Assembly (NCBI RefSeq): GCF_044704955.1
Contig: NC_091989.1
Span: forward strand, 22,010,001 to 22,074,000
Reading direction: 5' to 3'
DNA: 64,000 bases
Source of the DNA: Pristiophorus japonicus
Taxonomy: Eukaryota
The position numbers were made by a program, and so were the translations under genes. Shown in pieces: positions 11,830-23,069 of this stretch (its first letter is position 1; the number at the start of each line of letters is the position of its first letter). The notes under the pieces are model-generated. The model was not told the origin of the DNA and did not search any database. It saw nothing but the letters and a program-made list of their open reading frames with translations.

Positions 11830-14000
11830 GGCTAGAATCTTTACCTGAGCATTGGGCAGGTGCGTGCGGACCGCGTAGCGGGTCGCCATCCCGAATTTTT
11901 TAACAGTGCATTCTGCACTATGTGTTTAACTCAATTACTTCAATTGAAACAGTCATGTGGGTTTCCCAGCCCAATTAAATGGAGCGAATTTGTTGACATC
12001 ACCGATGACGTGTTTTCAGCGCGGATATTTAAAGCATACTTGCACACATCCCAGTTGAAGTTTGTTGCAGGAGAGATAAAGGTGTTTGGGAGAGGTAGAA
12101 ATTGCTGCATATCACTGAGATTTGTGTGGGTCATGGAGTCATGCAGACAGAAGTTTGCACAAAGATTCCCTGATGCCTCCCTGGAAGTGCATATCCAGGG
12201 AGTCAGAGCACCCGGGGGGGGGGGGGGGGTCGGTGCAAAAGACCGGCCAGAGAGGGCATGGCTGGCGATCGTGTAGGTGGTCAACAGCAGGGATGTCATG
12301 AGGCAGTCCTGGATCCAGTGCCGGAAAAGATTTAATGATCTCATGAGATCAGGAAAGGCGAGTGCAATGCCACATTCAACTATATCCTGATGTGCAGGTC
12401 ACCCCAACCCCATCACTCTAACTTCCCAAGCCTACTCATGCACGTCACTCCTCACACCAACCTACCTTGCAGGTGCACCCATCCCTCTCTGTCTATGCAC
12501 CTACTCACATCTCCATCTGACTAACCACCACTGACACTCACCCTCATCCTAATGCAATCATTGGATATCATGCCACTCACTCATAATCGCCTTCCACAGA
12601 TATCGCCCGTCCATTGCTTACACTCATTCCATCACTCTTACTCAAAATTCTCTTCTTTCTTTCCTTGCAGGAGAAGACAGCCCAGAGCAACAGGGAGAGG
12701 CAGCGAACAGGAGATGGCCCTCCAATATGCACCAATTTGACTCCAGTAGAGGATGCGGCGCTTGAAATCTCTGGAGTTGCAGAGCTGCTGGCAGTGGGAG
12801 ATGGAGGGAGACCTCCCAGCAACCCGTCGACAGAATTAAAAGTTATACAGCCACATGGCATACAAGTCACTCATGGTGACTTGATGTCAGCAGCCAGTAA
12901 AATGTCATCATGTGCAAAATGGTAACATTACATATTCTTATCATAAAACTTCTAATTCAACTTTTTATTCTCCCACAAGTCCATCAAGTGTCCCCCCCCC
13001 CCCCCCCGTCCAGCTGGAGGAGAAAGACAACTCCTCAGAAGAAGCTCCAGTCTCCGAGGGTGGACTGTGCAGATACGCACACCTCGGTGGGTTATGTGAG
13101 AGGTAAAGTAGTGTTGTCACCTGATGTCTCACAGATCACAAGTGAGCAAGAGCAGATGGTGGAGATGGGAACAGCAGTGGAGAGTCCTCGCCAAAGTCCC
13201 AGCTCTGCTGAGCTGCATGTAGATGCTGAAATTCAGGGGCCATCGAGAAAGAGGGTGATCTTGGAGGAGCAGCAACAAATGCGCGAGGCTCTGACAGCTT
13301 TTGCAGCTGCGACGTGTGTACAAAGAATGGAGGAGATCATCTACAACACGAGCACCACCATCTCACAGGCGATGGCGACGAAGTGCTGTTCCATGGAAAG
13401 GATGGTCACCCTCAGGGAGCAGCATCTACGCGGGTCCAAGAACATACTTGCTGTGAGCAACAGATTGCAGACACTCACCTTGAGGAGGGATAGCAATGTA
13501 GACTTGGGCATTCATTGGCCCACTGATGTGCAGCAAGGTGCTCTCCAGCTCCTTGCTAGCAAGGAAGTGCGGCTGGCCCATGAGAAGCATGATAGTAACA
13601 CGGGACATGGAAGTGGGGCTTTTCTCAAAGCACTCCTATTTCTTCCCCGTTGCCTCACCCTCAGTCAGAACCCCACATGTTGCCTCGGATCCCGATGGCC
13701 AAGTCTGCTATTGCACAGTTGCAGGAGAAACTGTCTTTGGCTGGGTTCTCAAAGGCTCCAAACTCAGAGGACATCAGCCAAAAGTGTCAAAGCAGTCGCA
13801 GCAGGGAAGTGAGAAGCCTGCCGCTACCTCTGCTGAAGCCACAGGGGTTGCACACGAAACGAAAAAGACACAATCATAGATGCACATGGGTTGATAAAAT
13901 GTTGATGTTAAGTTTCAGTTCTATTTCTGACACACATAAATTTGTCTCTTTGCACAACTTTCCCGTCTTGTCCATTTTGCCTACCTGAGAAGTAGCTGTC
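11830..14000 (+). mobile_element. PIF/Harbinger element carrying a pseudogenised Myb/SANT-like ORF (exons ~12133-12357, from 12671, and ~12980-13870)
   Basis: AQRFPDASLEV..RAWLAIV*VVNSRDVMRQSWIQCRKRFNDL and EKTAQSNRERQRTGDGPP..LTPVEDAAL are typical of Harbinger Myb/SANT proteins; in-frame TAG at 12274; GGCTAGAATCTT TIR-like start. Confidence 0.8.
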
Positions 14001-14017
14001 AGTTGGAGTGAATAAAT

Positions 14018-17010
14018 ATAAGAACATAAGAAATAGGAGCAGGAGTAGGCCATTTAGCCCCTCGAGCCTGCTCCGCCATTCAATAAGATCATGGCTGATC
14101 TGATCATGGACTCAGCTCCACTTCCCTGCCCGCTCCCCATAACCCTTTATTCCCTTATCGCTCAAAAATCTATCTCCGCCCTAAATATATTCAACGACCC
14201 AGCCTCCACAGTTCTCTGGGGCAGAAAATTCCATAGATTTACAAACCTTCAGAGAAGAAATTTCTCCTCATCTCAGTTTTAAATGGACGGCGCCTTATTC
14301 TAAGAGTATGTTCCCTAATTTTAGTTTCCCCTAGGAGTGGAAATATCATCTCGGATTCCAGTCGAACCCCCTCATTATCTTATGTTTTGATAAGATCACC
14401 TCTCATTCTTCTGAACTCCAATGTGTATAGGCCCAACCTACTCAATCTATCCTCAGAAGTCAACCCCCTCATCTCTGGTATCAACCTAGTGAACCTTCTC
14501 TGAACACCCTCCAATGCAAGTATATCCTTCCTTAAATACGGAGATCAAAACTGTACGCAATACCCTGTATTGTTGTAGCAGGACTTTTCTGCTTTTATAC
14601 TCTATCCCTCTTGCAATAAAAGCCAACATTCCATTTGCCTTCCTGATTACTTGCTGTACCTGCATACTAACTTTGTGTGTTTCATGCACAAGGACCCCCA
14701 GGTCTCTCTGTACTGCAGCACTCAATTTTTCTCCATTTAAATTATAATTTGCTTTTCTAATTTTTCTGCTGAAGTGGATAACTTCACATTTTCCCACGTT
14801 ATACTCCATCTGCCAAATTTTTGCCCACTCACTTTGCCTGTCTATATCTCTGCAGATTTTTTGTATCCTTCTCACAATTTGCTTTCCTACCTATCTTTGT
14901 ATCATCAGCAAACTTGGTTACATTACACTCAGTCCCTTCATCTAAGTCATTAATATAGATTGTAAATAGTTGACGATCCAGCACCGATCCCTGTGGCACC
15001 CCACTAGTCACTGTTTGTCAACCGGAAAATGACCCATTTATCCCGACTCTCTGTTTTCTGTTAGTTAACCAATCCTCTATCCATGCTAATGTTTTACCCC
15101 CAACCCGGTGAGCTTTTATCTTGTGCAGTAACCTCTTAAGTGGCATAGAAACATAGAAACATAGAAAATAGGTGCAGGAGTAGGCCATTCAGCCCTTCTA
15201 GCCTGCACCGCCATTCAATGAGTTCATGGCTGAACATGAAACTTCAGTACCCCCTTCCTGCTTTCTCGCCATAACCCTTGATCCCCCGAGTAGTAAGGAC
15301 TTCATCTAACTCCCTTTTGAATATATTTAGTGAATTGGCCTCAACTACTTTCTGTGGTAGAGAATTCCACAGGTTCACCACTCTCTGGGTGAAGAAGTTT
15401 CTCCTCATCTCGGTCCTAAATGGCTTACCCCTTATCCTCAGACTGTGACCCCTGGTTCTGGACTTCCCCAACATTGGGAACATTCTTTCTGCATCTAACC
15501 TGTCTAAACCCGTCAGAATTTTAAACGTTTCTATGAGATCCCCTCTCATTCTTCTGAACTCCAGTGAATACAAGCCCAGTTGATCCAATCTTTCTTGATA
15601 GGTCAGTCCCGCCATCCCGGGAATCAGTCTGGTGAACCTTCGCTGCACTCCCTCAATAGCAAGAATGTCCTTCCTCAAGTTAGGAGACCAAAACTGTACA
15701 CAATACTCCAGGTGTGGCCTCACCAAGGCCCTGTACAACTGTAGCAACACCTCCCTGCCCCTGTATTCAAATCCCCTCGCTATGAAGGCCAACATGCCAT
15801 TTGCTTTCTTAACCGCCTGCTGTACCTGCATGCCAACCTTCAATGACTGATGTACCATGACACCCAGGTCTCGTTGCACCTTCCCTTTTCCTAATCTGTC
15901 ACCATTCAGATAATAGTCTGTCTCTCTGTTTTTACCACCAAAGTGGATAACCTCACATTTATCCACATTATACTTCATCTGCCATGCATTTGCCCACTCA
16001 CCTAACCTATCCAAGTCACTCTGCAGCCTAATAGCATCCTCCTCGCAGCTCACACTGCCACCCAACTTAGTATCATCTGCAAATTTGGAGATACTGCATT
16101 TAATCCCCTCGTCTAAATCATTAATGTACAATGTAAACAGCTGGGGCCCCAGCACAGAACCTTGCGGCACTCCACTAGTCACTGCCTGCCATTCTGAAAA
16201 GTACCCGTTTACTCCTACTCTTTGCTTCCTGTCTGACAACCAGTTCTCAATCCACATCAGCACACTACCCCCAATCCCATGTGCTTTAACTTTGCACATT
16301 AATCTCTTGTGTGGGACCTTGTCGAAAGCCTTCTGAAAGTCCAAATATACCACATCAACTGGTTCTCCTTTGTCCACTTTACTGGAAACATCCTCAAAAA
16401 ATTCCAGAAGATTTGTCAAGCATGATTTCCCTTTCACAAATCCATGCTGACTTGGACCTATCATGTCACCATTTTCCAGATGCACTGCTATGACATCCTT
16501 GATAATTGATTCCATCATTTTACCCACTACTGAGGTCAGGCTGACCGGTCTATAATTCCCTGTTTTCTCTCTCCCTCCTTTTTTAAAAAGTGGGGTTACA
16601 TTGGCTACCCTCCACTCCATAGGAACTGATCCAGAGTCAATGGAATGTTGGAAAATGACTGTCAATGCATCCGCTATTTCCAAGGCCACCTCCTTAAGTA
16701 CTCTAGGATGCAATCCATCAGGCCCTGGGGATTTATCGGCCTTCAATCCCATCAATTTCCCCAAAACAATTTCCCGACTAATAAAGATTTCCCTCAGTTC
16801 CCCCTCCTTACTAGACCCTCTGACCCCTTATTGAATGCCTTCTGGAAATCCAAATACACCACATCCACTGGTTCCCCCTTATCCACCATGCTCGTTACAT
16901 CCTCGAAGAACTCCAGCAAATTTGTCAAACATGATTTCCCTTTCATAAAACCATGCCGCCTCTGCTTGATTGAGTCATGCTTTTCCAAATGTCCCGCTAC
17001 TGCTTCCATG
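14018..17010 (-). mobile_element. CR1 LINE (minus) split by a young CR1 (pieces 14018-15143 and 16826-17010)
   Basis: Host reads through ...gtggca|ccttattgaatgcc; tail ataagaacataagaa at 14018. Confidence 0.9.
15144..16828 (-). mobile_element. Young 5'-truncated HER1-type CR1 with an uninterrupted 506-aa RT + C-terminal reading frame (15244-16764)
   Basis: [42 protein letters not shown]; (CTATGTTT)n tail; endonuclease domain absent. Confidence 0.97.
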
Positions 17011-17294
17011 GTGAGACATGACTTAACACTGCTTGCTGAGCTGCACCAATCATGAAGATCCCAAGTTTTTCATTTTTTTTTTGTCACAGTTGTTTTTATC
17101 TTCTTAATACTTTTTATTTCTTTGTTTTTAAGTAATCCTGCAGCTGTGTAACTTACATCCATAATCCTTTGAATTTTTCTTTTCACTTATCTTATGTCCA
17201 TACATTCAAATATTTATAAGAAATGATAATAATGGAAATACACACATGGGCATTAGCATCCCAAAAGAGAAAAGACTGATTAATGGTTCAAAGA

Positions 17295-17425
17295 TCAGGT
17301 TCTGAAGAAGAATCTATGCTCAAAACCTTAAACTATCTTTACTCTTTTTAGATTCTGATGGATGTGTTTTTCCCAAGATTCTGTTTTCATTTCACATTTC
17401 CAGCATTTTCATTTTATTTTTATTT
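17295..17425 (+). mobile_element. Penelope-type terminal repeat remnant, highly degenerate hammerhead core (CTGAAGA 17302-17308)
   Basis: Colinear with 31703-31835 and with 54425-54546 reversed. Confidence 0.5.
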
Positions 17426-17454
17426 CAGTGAATCATGCTACACACAATACTAGG

Positions 17455-18220
17455 TTGATAAGTGACAAGTAACATTCGCACCACATATTTGCCAGGCAAT
17501 GAGCATTTGCAACAACTCCCCTTGGCATTTAATGGCATTACTATTATCGAATCCCTCACTATCAACACCCTGGGGGTTACCATGGACCATAAACTTAACT
17601 GGACCAGCCAGATCATTACTGTGGCTACAAGAGCAGGTCAGAGGCTGGGTATTCAGCGGCGAGTGACTCACCTCCTGACTCCCCAAAGCCCTTCCACCAC
17701 CACCAAGGCACAAGTCAGGAGTGTGATGGAATACTCTCCACTTGCCTGGATGAGTGCCGCTCCAACACTCAAGAAGCTCAACATCATCCAAGACAACGCA
17801 GTCCAATTGATTGCCACCCGATTCACCACCTTAAACATTCACTCCCTCCACCACCGGCACATTGTGTCTGCAGTGTACACCAGCTACAAGATGCACTGTA
17901 TCAACTCACCAAGACTTCTTCGACAGCACCTCCCAAACCCGCGACCTCTACCACATAGAAGGTCAAGGTCAGCAGGTGCATGGGAACATCACCACTTCCA
18001 AGATCCCCTCCAAGCCACACACCATTCTGACTTGGACATATATTGCCGCTCCTTCATCGTAGCTGGATCAAAATCCTGGAACTCCCTTCCCGAACAGCAC
18101 TTTGGGAGTACCTATACCTTCACCACATAGATGCAATGATTCAAGAAGGCGGCTGACCACTAAGGCAACGAAGGAAGGGCAATTAATTCTAGCCTTGCCA
18201 GTAATGCCCACATCCTGTGA
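17455..18220 (+). mobile_element. CR1/L2-group LINE (MEYSPLA family) 3' end
   Basis: ORF 17462-18130: KAQVRSVMEYSPLAWMSAAP...RSFIVAGSKSWNSLP; A-rich tail. Confidence 0.88.
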
Positions 18221-18286
18221 AAAATAAATAAAAATTTTTTAAAACACTGCAAACAATGCAGAGGAGAATTTCCTGTATTTGCATTC

Positions 18287-18916
18287 TGTAGGATTTCTAA
18301 ATCTCTGGCATTAAATTGACAGAAAGACCGATTCTTTTAAAACAATTCTGAATAGTTTATTAAACACACACATACACATCTATCAGCAGTCGTCAGCTAT
18401 CCTACAGATCGACTTAGTTACAACAGATACACTGATGTTATAATAATGATTTATAAAAAGGTATACTTTACTTCATTATCGCAAAGCACAAGTACATGGC
18501 ATTCGTCTTTGCTTCTGCTGTGGAGGAAGATTCCTGCTTTGCCATGTGCGAAAGAAGAGAGAGCTAGCAATCTTTTCTCGGGTTATTATACCCCTCAAGT
18601 CCAATGTTTCTCAGAAAGCCTCAGGATTGGCTCTTGGTTCCAGGGCCGTTCCTGATTGGCTTCTCCTCATACATGTGTCTGTCTGGAGGGCCGGTGCCAT
18701 TCCTTGATTAGGTTAATGGCTTTCCAATTAACACCTTTTCTAGTTTGGTGAGTTTCAAAACCATGCTTCCTTTGTTCCTTGAGCTTTGCCCAGCCAGAGG
18801 AGACATGAACTGGATGAAGTTATCCATTTTGTTTCTTGCGAAACTGCAGCCATTCTGTATAATCTGCACTTTTAACATTTATATATATACAGAATCAATT
18901 TTATCATTACTAAACA
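18287..18916 (-). mobile_element. Possible solo LTR (ERV-like)
   Basis: TG...CA ends; on the minus strand CCAAT boxes (~18655, ~18627), then TATAAT (~18588), then AATAAA (18356-18361) in LTR order; no TSD found. Confidence 0.45.
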
Positions 18917-19014
18917 CTTTTATACTTTTGGATTGTATGGGTGCAGTAAGTATGAGAAAATTGGAGGAAAAATGGTTGGGTTCCTTAATAGGTGTGAAGT
19001 CTGACGTGCCTCGA

Positions 19015-19272
19015 TGATCTTCTCTCAGAGGGTTGTGGATCTGTGGAATTTGCTGCCTCAGAGAGCTGTGGAAGCTGGGACATTGAATAAATTTAAGACA
19101 GAAATAGACAGTTTCTTAAACGATAAGGGAATAAGGGGTTATGGAGAGCGGGCAGGGAAGTGGACCCGAGTCCATGATCAGATCAGCCATGATCGTATTA
19201 AATGGCAGAGCAGGCTCGAGGAGCCGTATGGCCTTCTCCTGCTCCTATTTCTTATGTTCTTATGTTCTTATG
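19015..19272 (+). mobile_element. CR1 3' end
   Basis: FSQRVVDLWNLLP; (TTCTTATG)n tail. Confidence 0.9.
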
Positions 19273-19563
19273 ATCCAGTGCACCTCAGTGCAGACCCAGG
19301 AAAATGTCCCCTTGCATGTCTGCACAGTAGTCCAAAAAGCAAGCTTTAATGACATCATTGGGGTACTGATCATGGAGGACTTACTTTGACAAGAATTTGA
19401 TTTAATCTCATTAAGGCAAGGCACATCAGTTTAATCTGTGTATTTGATAATTCAGTTTCATCATATCACCAAGTTCAGTAACTCCTCTATTTCACATCAT
19501 TAGCACTTTCTGTTTAAACTCAAAAAAAGTTCAAAAGAAACAACAGAAAATTTCTGGACTTAC

Positions 19564-19763
19564 CCGACCTCAGCCAACATAGTGCAACAATTAGCCTCAG
19601 TGTGCCAAGGCTTGAAAGGAAAGATTTTCTGCCCTTGATCATGTGCATGTATGTGGAAGCTGGGTGCCAACAGGCTTGAGCTTCACCTTGATACACTGTC
19701 AAATAGTCACGGTCCAAGCTTACACGAGAAGAATGCCAATAAGGTGAAGTATTGGAAGGATGC
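19564..19763 (-). other. Candidate 200-nt internal exon of a minus-strand transcript
   Basis: Acceptor ttgcttctggttccacag with a further pyrimidine tract upstream; donor CGG|GTAAGT; unique sequence; one frame is open throughout. Confidence 0.5.
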
Positions 19764-20419
19764 CTGTGGAACCAGAAGCAACATAAGCCAAGTCTTCAGG
19801 GAGAGGGAAGAGAAAGAGAGAAAATTATAGGGTAGGAGCAAGAAATATGTTAAAAAACATAAAATTCACAACTTTATTCCTGATTAATTTTTCAAAAGTA
19901 TTTCTAAAGGTGAGTACTCTTTCAACAAAATAATCAAACTGTTAAAAAGAACTATAGTTACCATTAACATTATTTTGTTCCAACTGCCCACTTTTGTTAA
20001 CTTTTAAAACATTTGCTAAATAGCAAATGCTGATATCATTGAGACTACTGGCTTGGAAAAGTTACTGAGCATAACAGTATGAGGAGCTAAATTAACAGGC
20101 TGAATTGCTGAATCATCCTCAAGTGGCTGGTTGACTAGGGCTGATTCCACGATTAAGCTGAAAAAATGGGCTGTACCTGATGCAGTTGGATGTAGGGAGT
20201 GCTAATTCACTAAGGCGGAGAGGAGCGGGGTGGAGGTCGTGAGTGCAAAAGCTCTTAATGTCAGCTGCTCTTGTAAGGATGCATAGCCTTGGTTTTGCTG
20301 AAAAATGTAGGTGCTGGAGGAACCCCATCATTGAAGTGTGTGGATGTTGTATGAGAGAAGTGGCATAGAGGAAAGTGGCCATTTTTGAGGGAGAAAGGAA
20401 CATTCCTAATAGAGCCACT

Positions 20420-20568
20420 TTGCAGCCTTGAGTCAGTGGCAGCACTCTCAACTCTGAGTCAGAAGGCTGTGGGTTCAAGCCCCACTCCAGACACTTCAGT
20501 GTACTACTGAAGGAATGCTGCACTTTTGGAGGTGTTGTACTTCGGATGACACTTTAACCCGAGGCCCC
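20420..20568 (+). mobile_element. DeuSINE tRNA-derived head
   Basis: Pol III A/B box-like AGTCAGTGG and GGTTCAAGCCC. Confidence 0.75.
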
Positions 20569-20569
20569 G

Positions 20570-22299
20570 GATTTTGCAACTGGTCACCTATGTGCCCAGG
20601 AGTCTGTCCAAGGCCGAAAGAGCCTACAGCATGATAGAAAAAGCTCTGACATGCATTTACGGGGTGAAAAAAATGCACCAGTATTTGTTTGGTCTCAAGT
20701 TTGAGCTAGAAACTGACCATAAGCCACTCATATCGCTATTCTCAGAGAGCAAAGGGATTAACACCAATGCCTCTGCCCCGCATCCAAAGATGGGCGCTCA
20801 TGCTGTCGGCATACAACTATGTAATCCGCCAGAGACCGGGCACAGAGAACTGCGCTGATGCTCTCAGTCGGCTACCATTGCCCACCACCGGGATGGAAAT
20901 GGCACAGCCTGCAGACTTGCTCATGGTGATGGATGCATTCAAAAATGAAGTCACCCGTTACGGCCCGTCAGATCAAAACCTGGACCAGCCAGGATCCTTT
21001 ACTATCCCTGGTAAAAAAAATTGTGTCCTCCATGGGAGCTGGTCCAGCGTCCCAGCGGAGATGCAGGAAGAGATTAAGCCGTTCCACAGGCGCAAAGACG
21101 AAATGTCCTTACAGACGGACATGTCTTTTGTGGGGTAATCGCGTGATCTTGCCCAAAAAAGGCAGAGAAATGTTCATACGCGACCTATGCAGCACCCACC
21201 CAGGCATAGTAATGATGAAAGCCATAGCCAGATCCCATGTGTGGTGGCCCGGCATCGACTCAGATTTAGAGTCATGTGTGCGCCAGTGCAACACTTGCTC
21301 TCAACTGAGCAATGCACCCAGAGAGGCATCACTAAGTTTGTGGTTGTGGCCCTCCAAACCGTGGTCTAGGATCCATGTTGACTTTGCGGGCCCATTTCTA
21401 GGCAAAATGTTCTTGGTTGTTGTAGATGCTTATTCAAAATGGATTGAATGTGTAATAATGTCTGTAAGCACGTCCACCGCCACCATCAAAAGCCTACGAG
21501 CCATGTTTGTCACACACGGTCTGCCTGATGTCCTTGTCAGCGACAATGGACCGTGTTTCACCAGTGCTGAATTCAAGGAATTCATGACCCGCAATGGGAT
21601 TAAGCACGTCACATCTGCCCCATTCAAGCCCGCATCCAACGGCCAGGCAGAACGAGCACTTCAAACCATCAAGCAAAGCTTGAAACGCATATCGGAAGGC
21701 TCCCTGCAGACCCAACTGTCCCGAGTCCTGCTCAGCTACTGCACCAGACCCCACTCGCTCACCGGGGTTTCCCCAGCCGAGCTGCTCATGAAAAGGGCGC
21801 TCAAAACAAGGCTCTCGCTTGTCCACCCTGATCTCCATGATCACGACGAGGGCAGGCGGTATCAACAAAGCATGTACCATGATCGCGCAAACTTGTCACG
21901 CGATATTGAGGTCAATGACCCTGTGTTTGTAATCAATTATGGACATGGTCCCAAATGTCATAGCCAAAGAAGGGAGTAGGGTGTTTCAGGTCAAATTGGC
22001 CAATGGACTAACGTGCAGAAAGCATTTGGACCAAACCAAATTGCAGTTCACTAACAGCTATGAGCAACCTGAAGAGGACACCACCAACTTCGACCCTTCA
22101 ACACAAATGGCAACCGATATTACCAAAGCCGAACTCACCATCCCCAGCAGCCCGGGAAGGCCAGCTGCCCAGCAGCCCAGCGAAGAACCAACCAACTCAC
22201 CCACAATTGCATTTGTACTGAGACGATCGACAAGGGAGTGAAAAGCCCCAGATCGTCTCACCCTGTAAATAGTGTACTATTGACTTTACAAGGAAGTGA
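20570..22299 (+). mobile_element. Ty3/Gypsy retrotransposon pol remnant (RNase H, integrase), frameshifted
   Basis: SLSKAERAYSMIEK, FELETDHKPL, HPGIVMMKAIARSHVWWPGID..C..C, PWSRIHVDFAGPF, LVSDNGP, ASNGQAER. Confidence 0.95.
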
Positions 22300-22512
22300 T
22301 GTTATGTATGTAACCCTTGGCAACCTGTATCACACCACCACCAGTGGGCCTACCTGTTGGAGTCCCAAGGGATCCCAGCATCCCTTGGGAGCACTGTATA
22401 TAAGCAGGTCTCCCACGCTGTACCAGCACTCTGGTGTCTAATTAAAGGAGCTAAGGTCACACTTACTCATTGCATACAGTACTCAGTTTCATCCTTTATT
22501 ATGAGCATAATA
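22300..22512 (+). mobile_element. 3' LTR of the Gypsy element
   Basis: Preceded by purine tract AAGGAAGTGA; termini TGTTATG...CATAATA; internal TATATAA and ATTAAA. Confidence 0.85.
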
Positions 22513-23065
22513 AAAAGAACCAGAGGTGGCATGAGGAAAAACATTTTTATGTAAGGAGGGTTTGGGATTTGGAGTGCATTGCCTGATAGGGTGGTGGATA
22601 CAGATTCAATAGTAGCTTTCAAAAGGGAATTGAATAAATACTTGAAGGAGAAAAAATTACAAGGATATGGGGAAAGAGCCGGGGAGTGGGACTCACTGGA
22701 TTGCTTTTCAAAAGAGCCGTAACAGAATCGATCGGCCGAATGGCCCCCTTCTGTACTGTATTATTCTATGATTCTATGAACTGCTCTGTGTAGCGAGTGT
22801 GTTCACAAGTAGATGCGGGAGAAATGAATAGAAGGTATGTAAAGCTAGAAAAGATAAGTCTGAGGGTGACCTGATAGAGATCTTTAAAATTATGAAGGGG
22901 TTCGATAGATGTAGAGAAGATGTTTCCACTTGTGGGAGAGACCAAAACTACAGGTGCTAAATAGAAGATAATCACGAATAAATCAAATAAAGAATTCAGG
23001 AGAAACGTCTTTACCCAGAGCTTCATGGGAATGTGGAATGTGCTACCATAAGGAGTAGCTGAAGC
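22513..23065 (+). mobile_element. Two degenerate CR1 3' fragments
   Basis: RTRGGMRKNIF and LRGDLIEIFKIMKG-type sequence; ATTCTATG tail near 22770. Confidence 0.8.
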
Positions 23066-23069
23066 AAAC

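Noticed and set aside
12214-12229. Long G/C homopolymers (also ~12992, ~30593, ~42283, ~52035)
   Set aside because: Simple slippage runs with unreliable length; no independent sign of function.
15244-16764. 506-aa uninterrupted RT ORF as an autonomous or domesticated gene
   Set aside because: 5'-truncated CR1 with no endonuclease, ORF1 or promoter; intact only because it is young.
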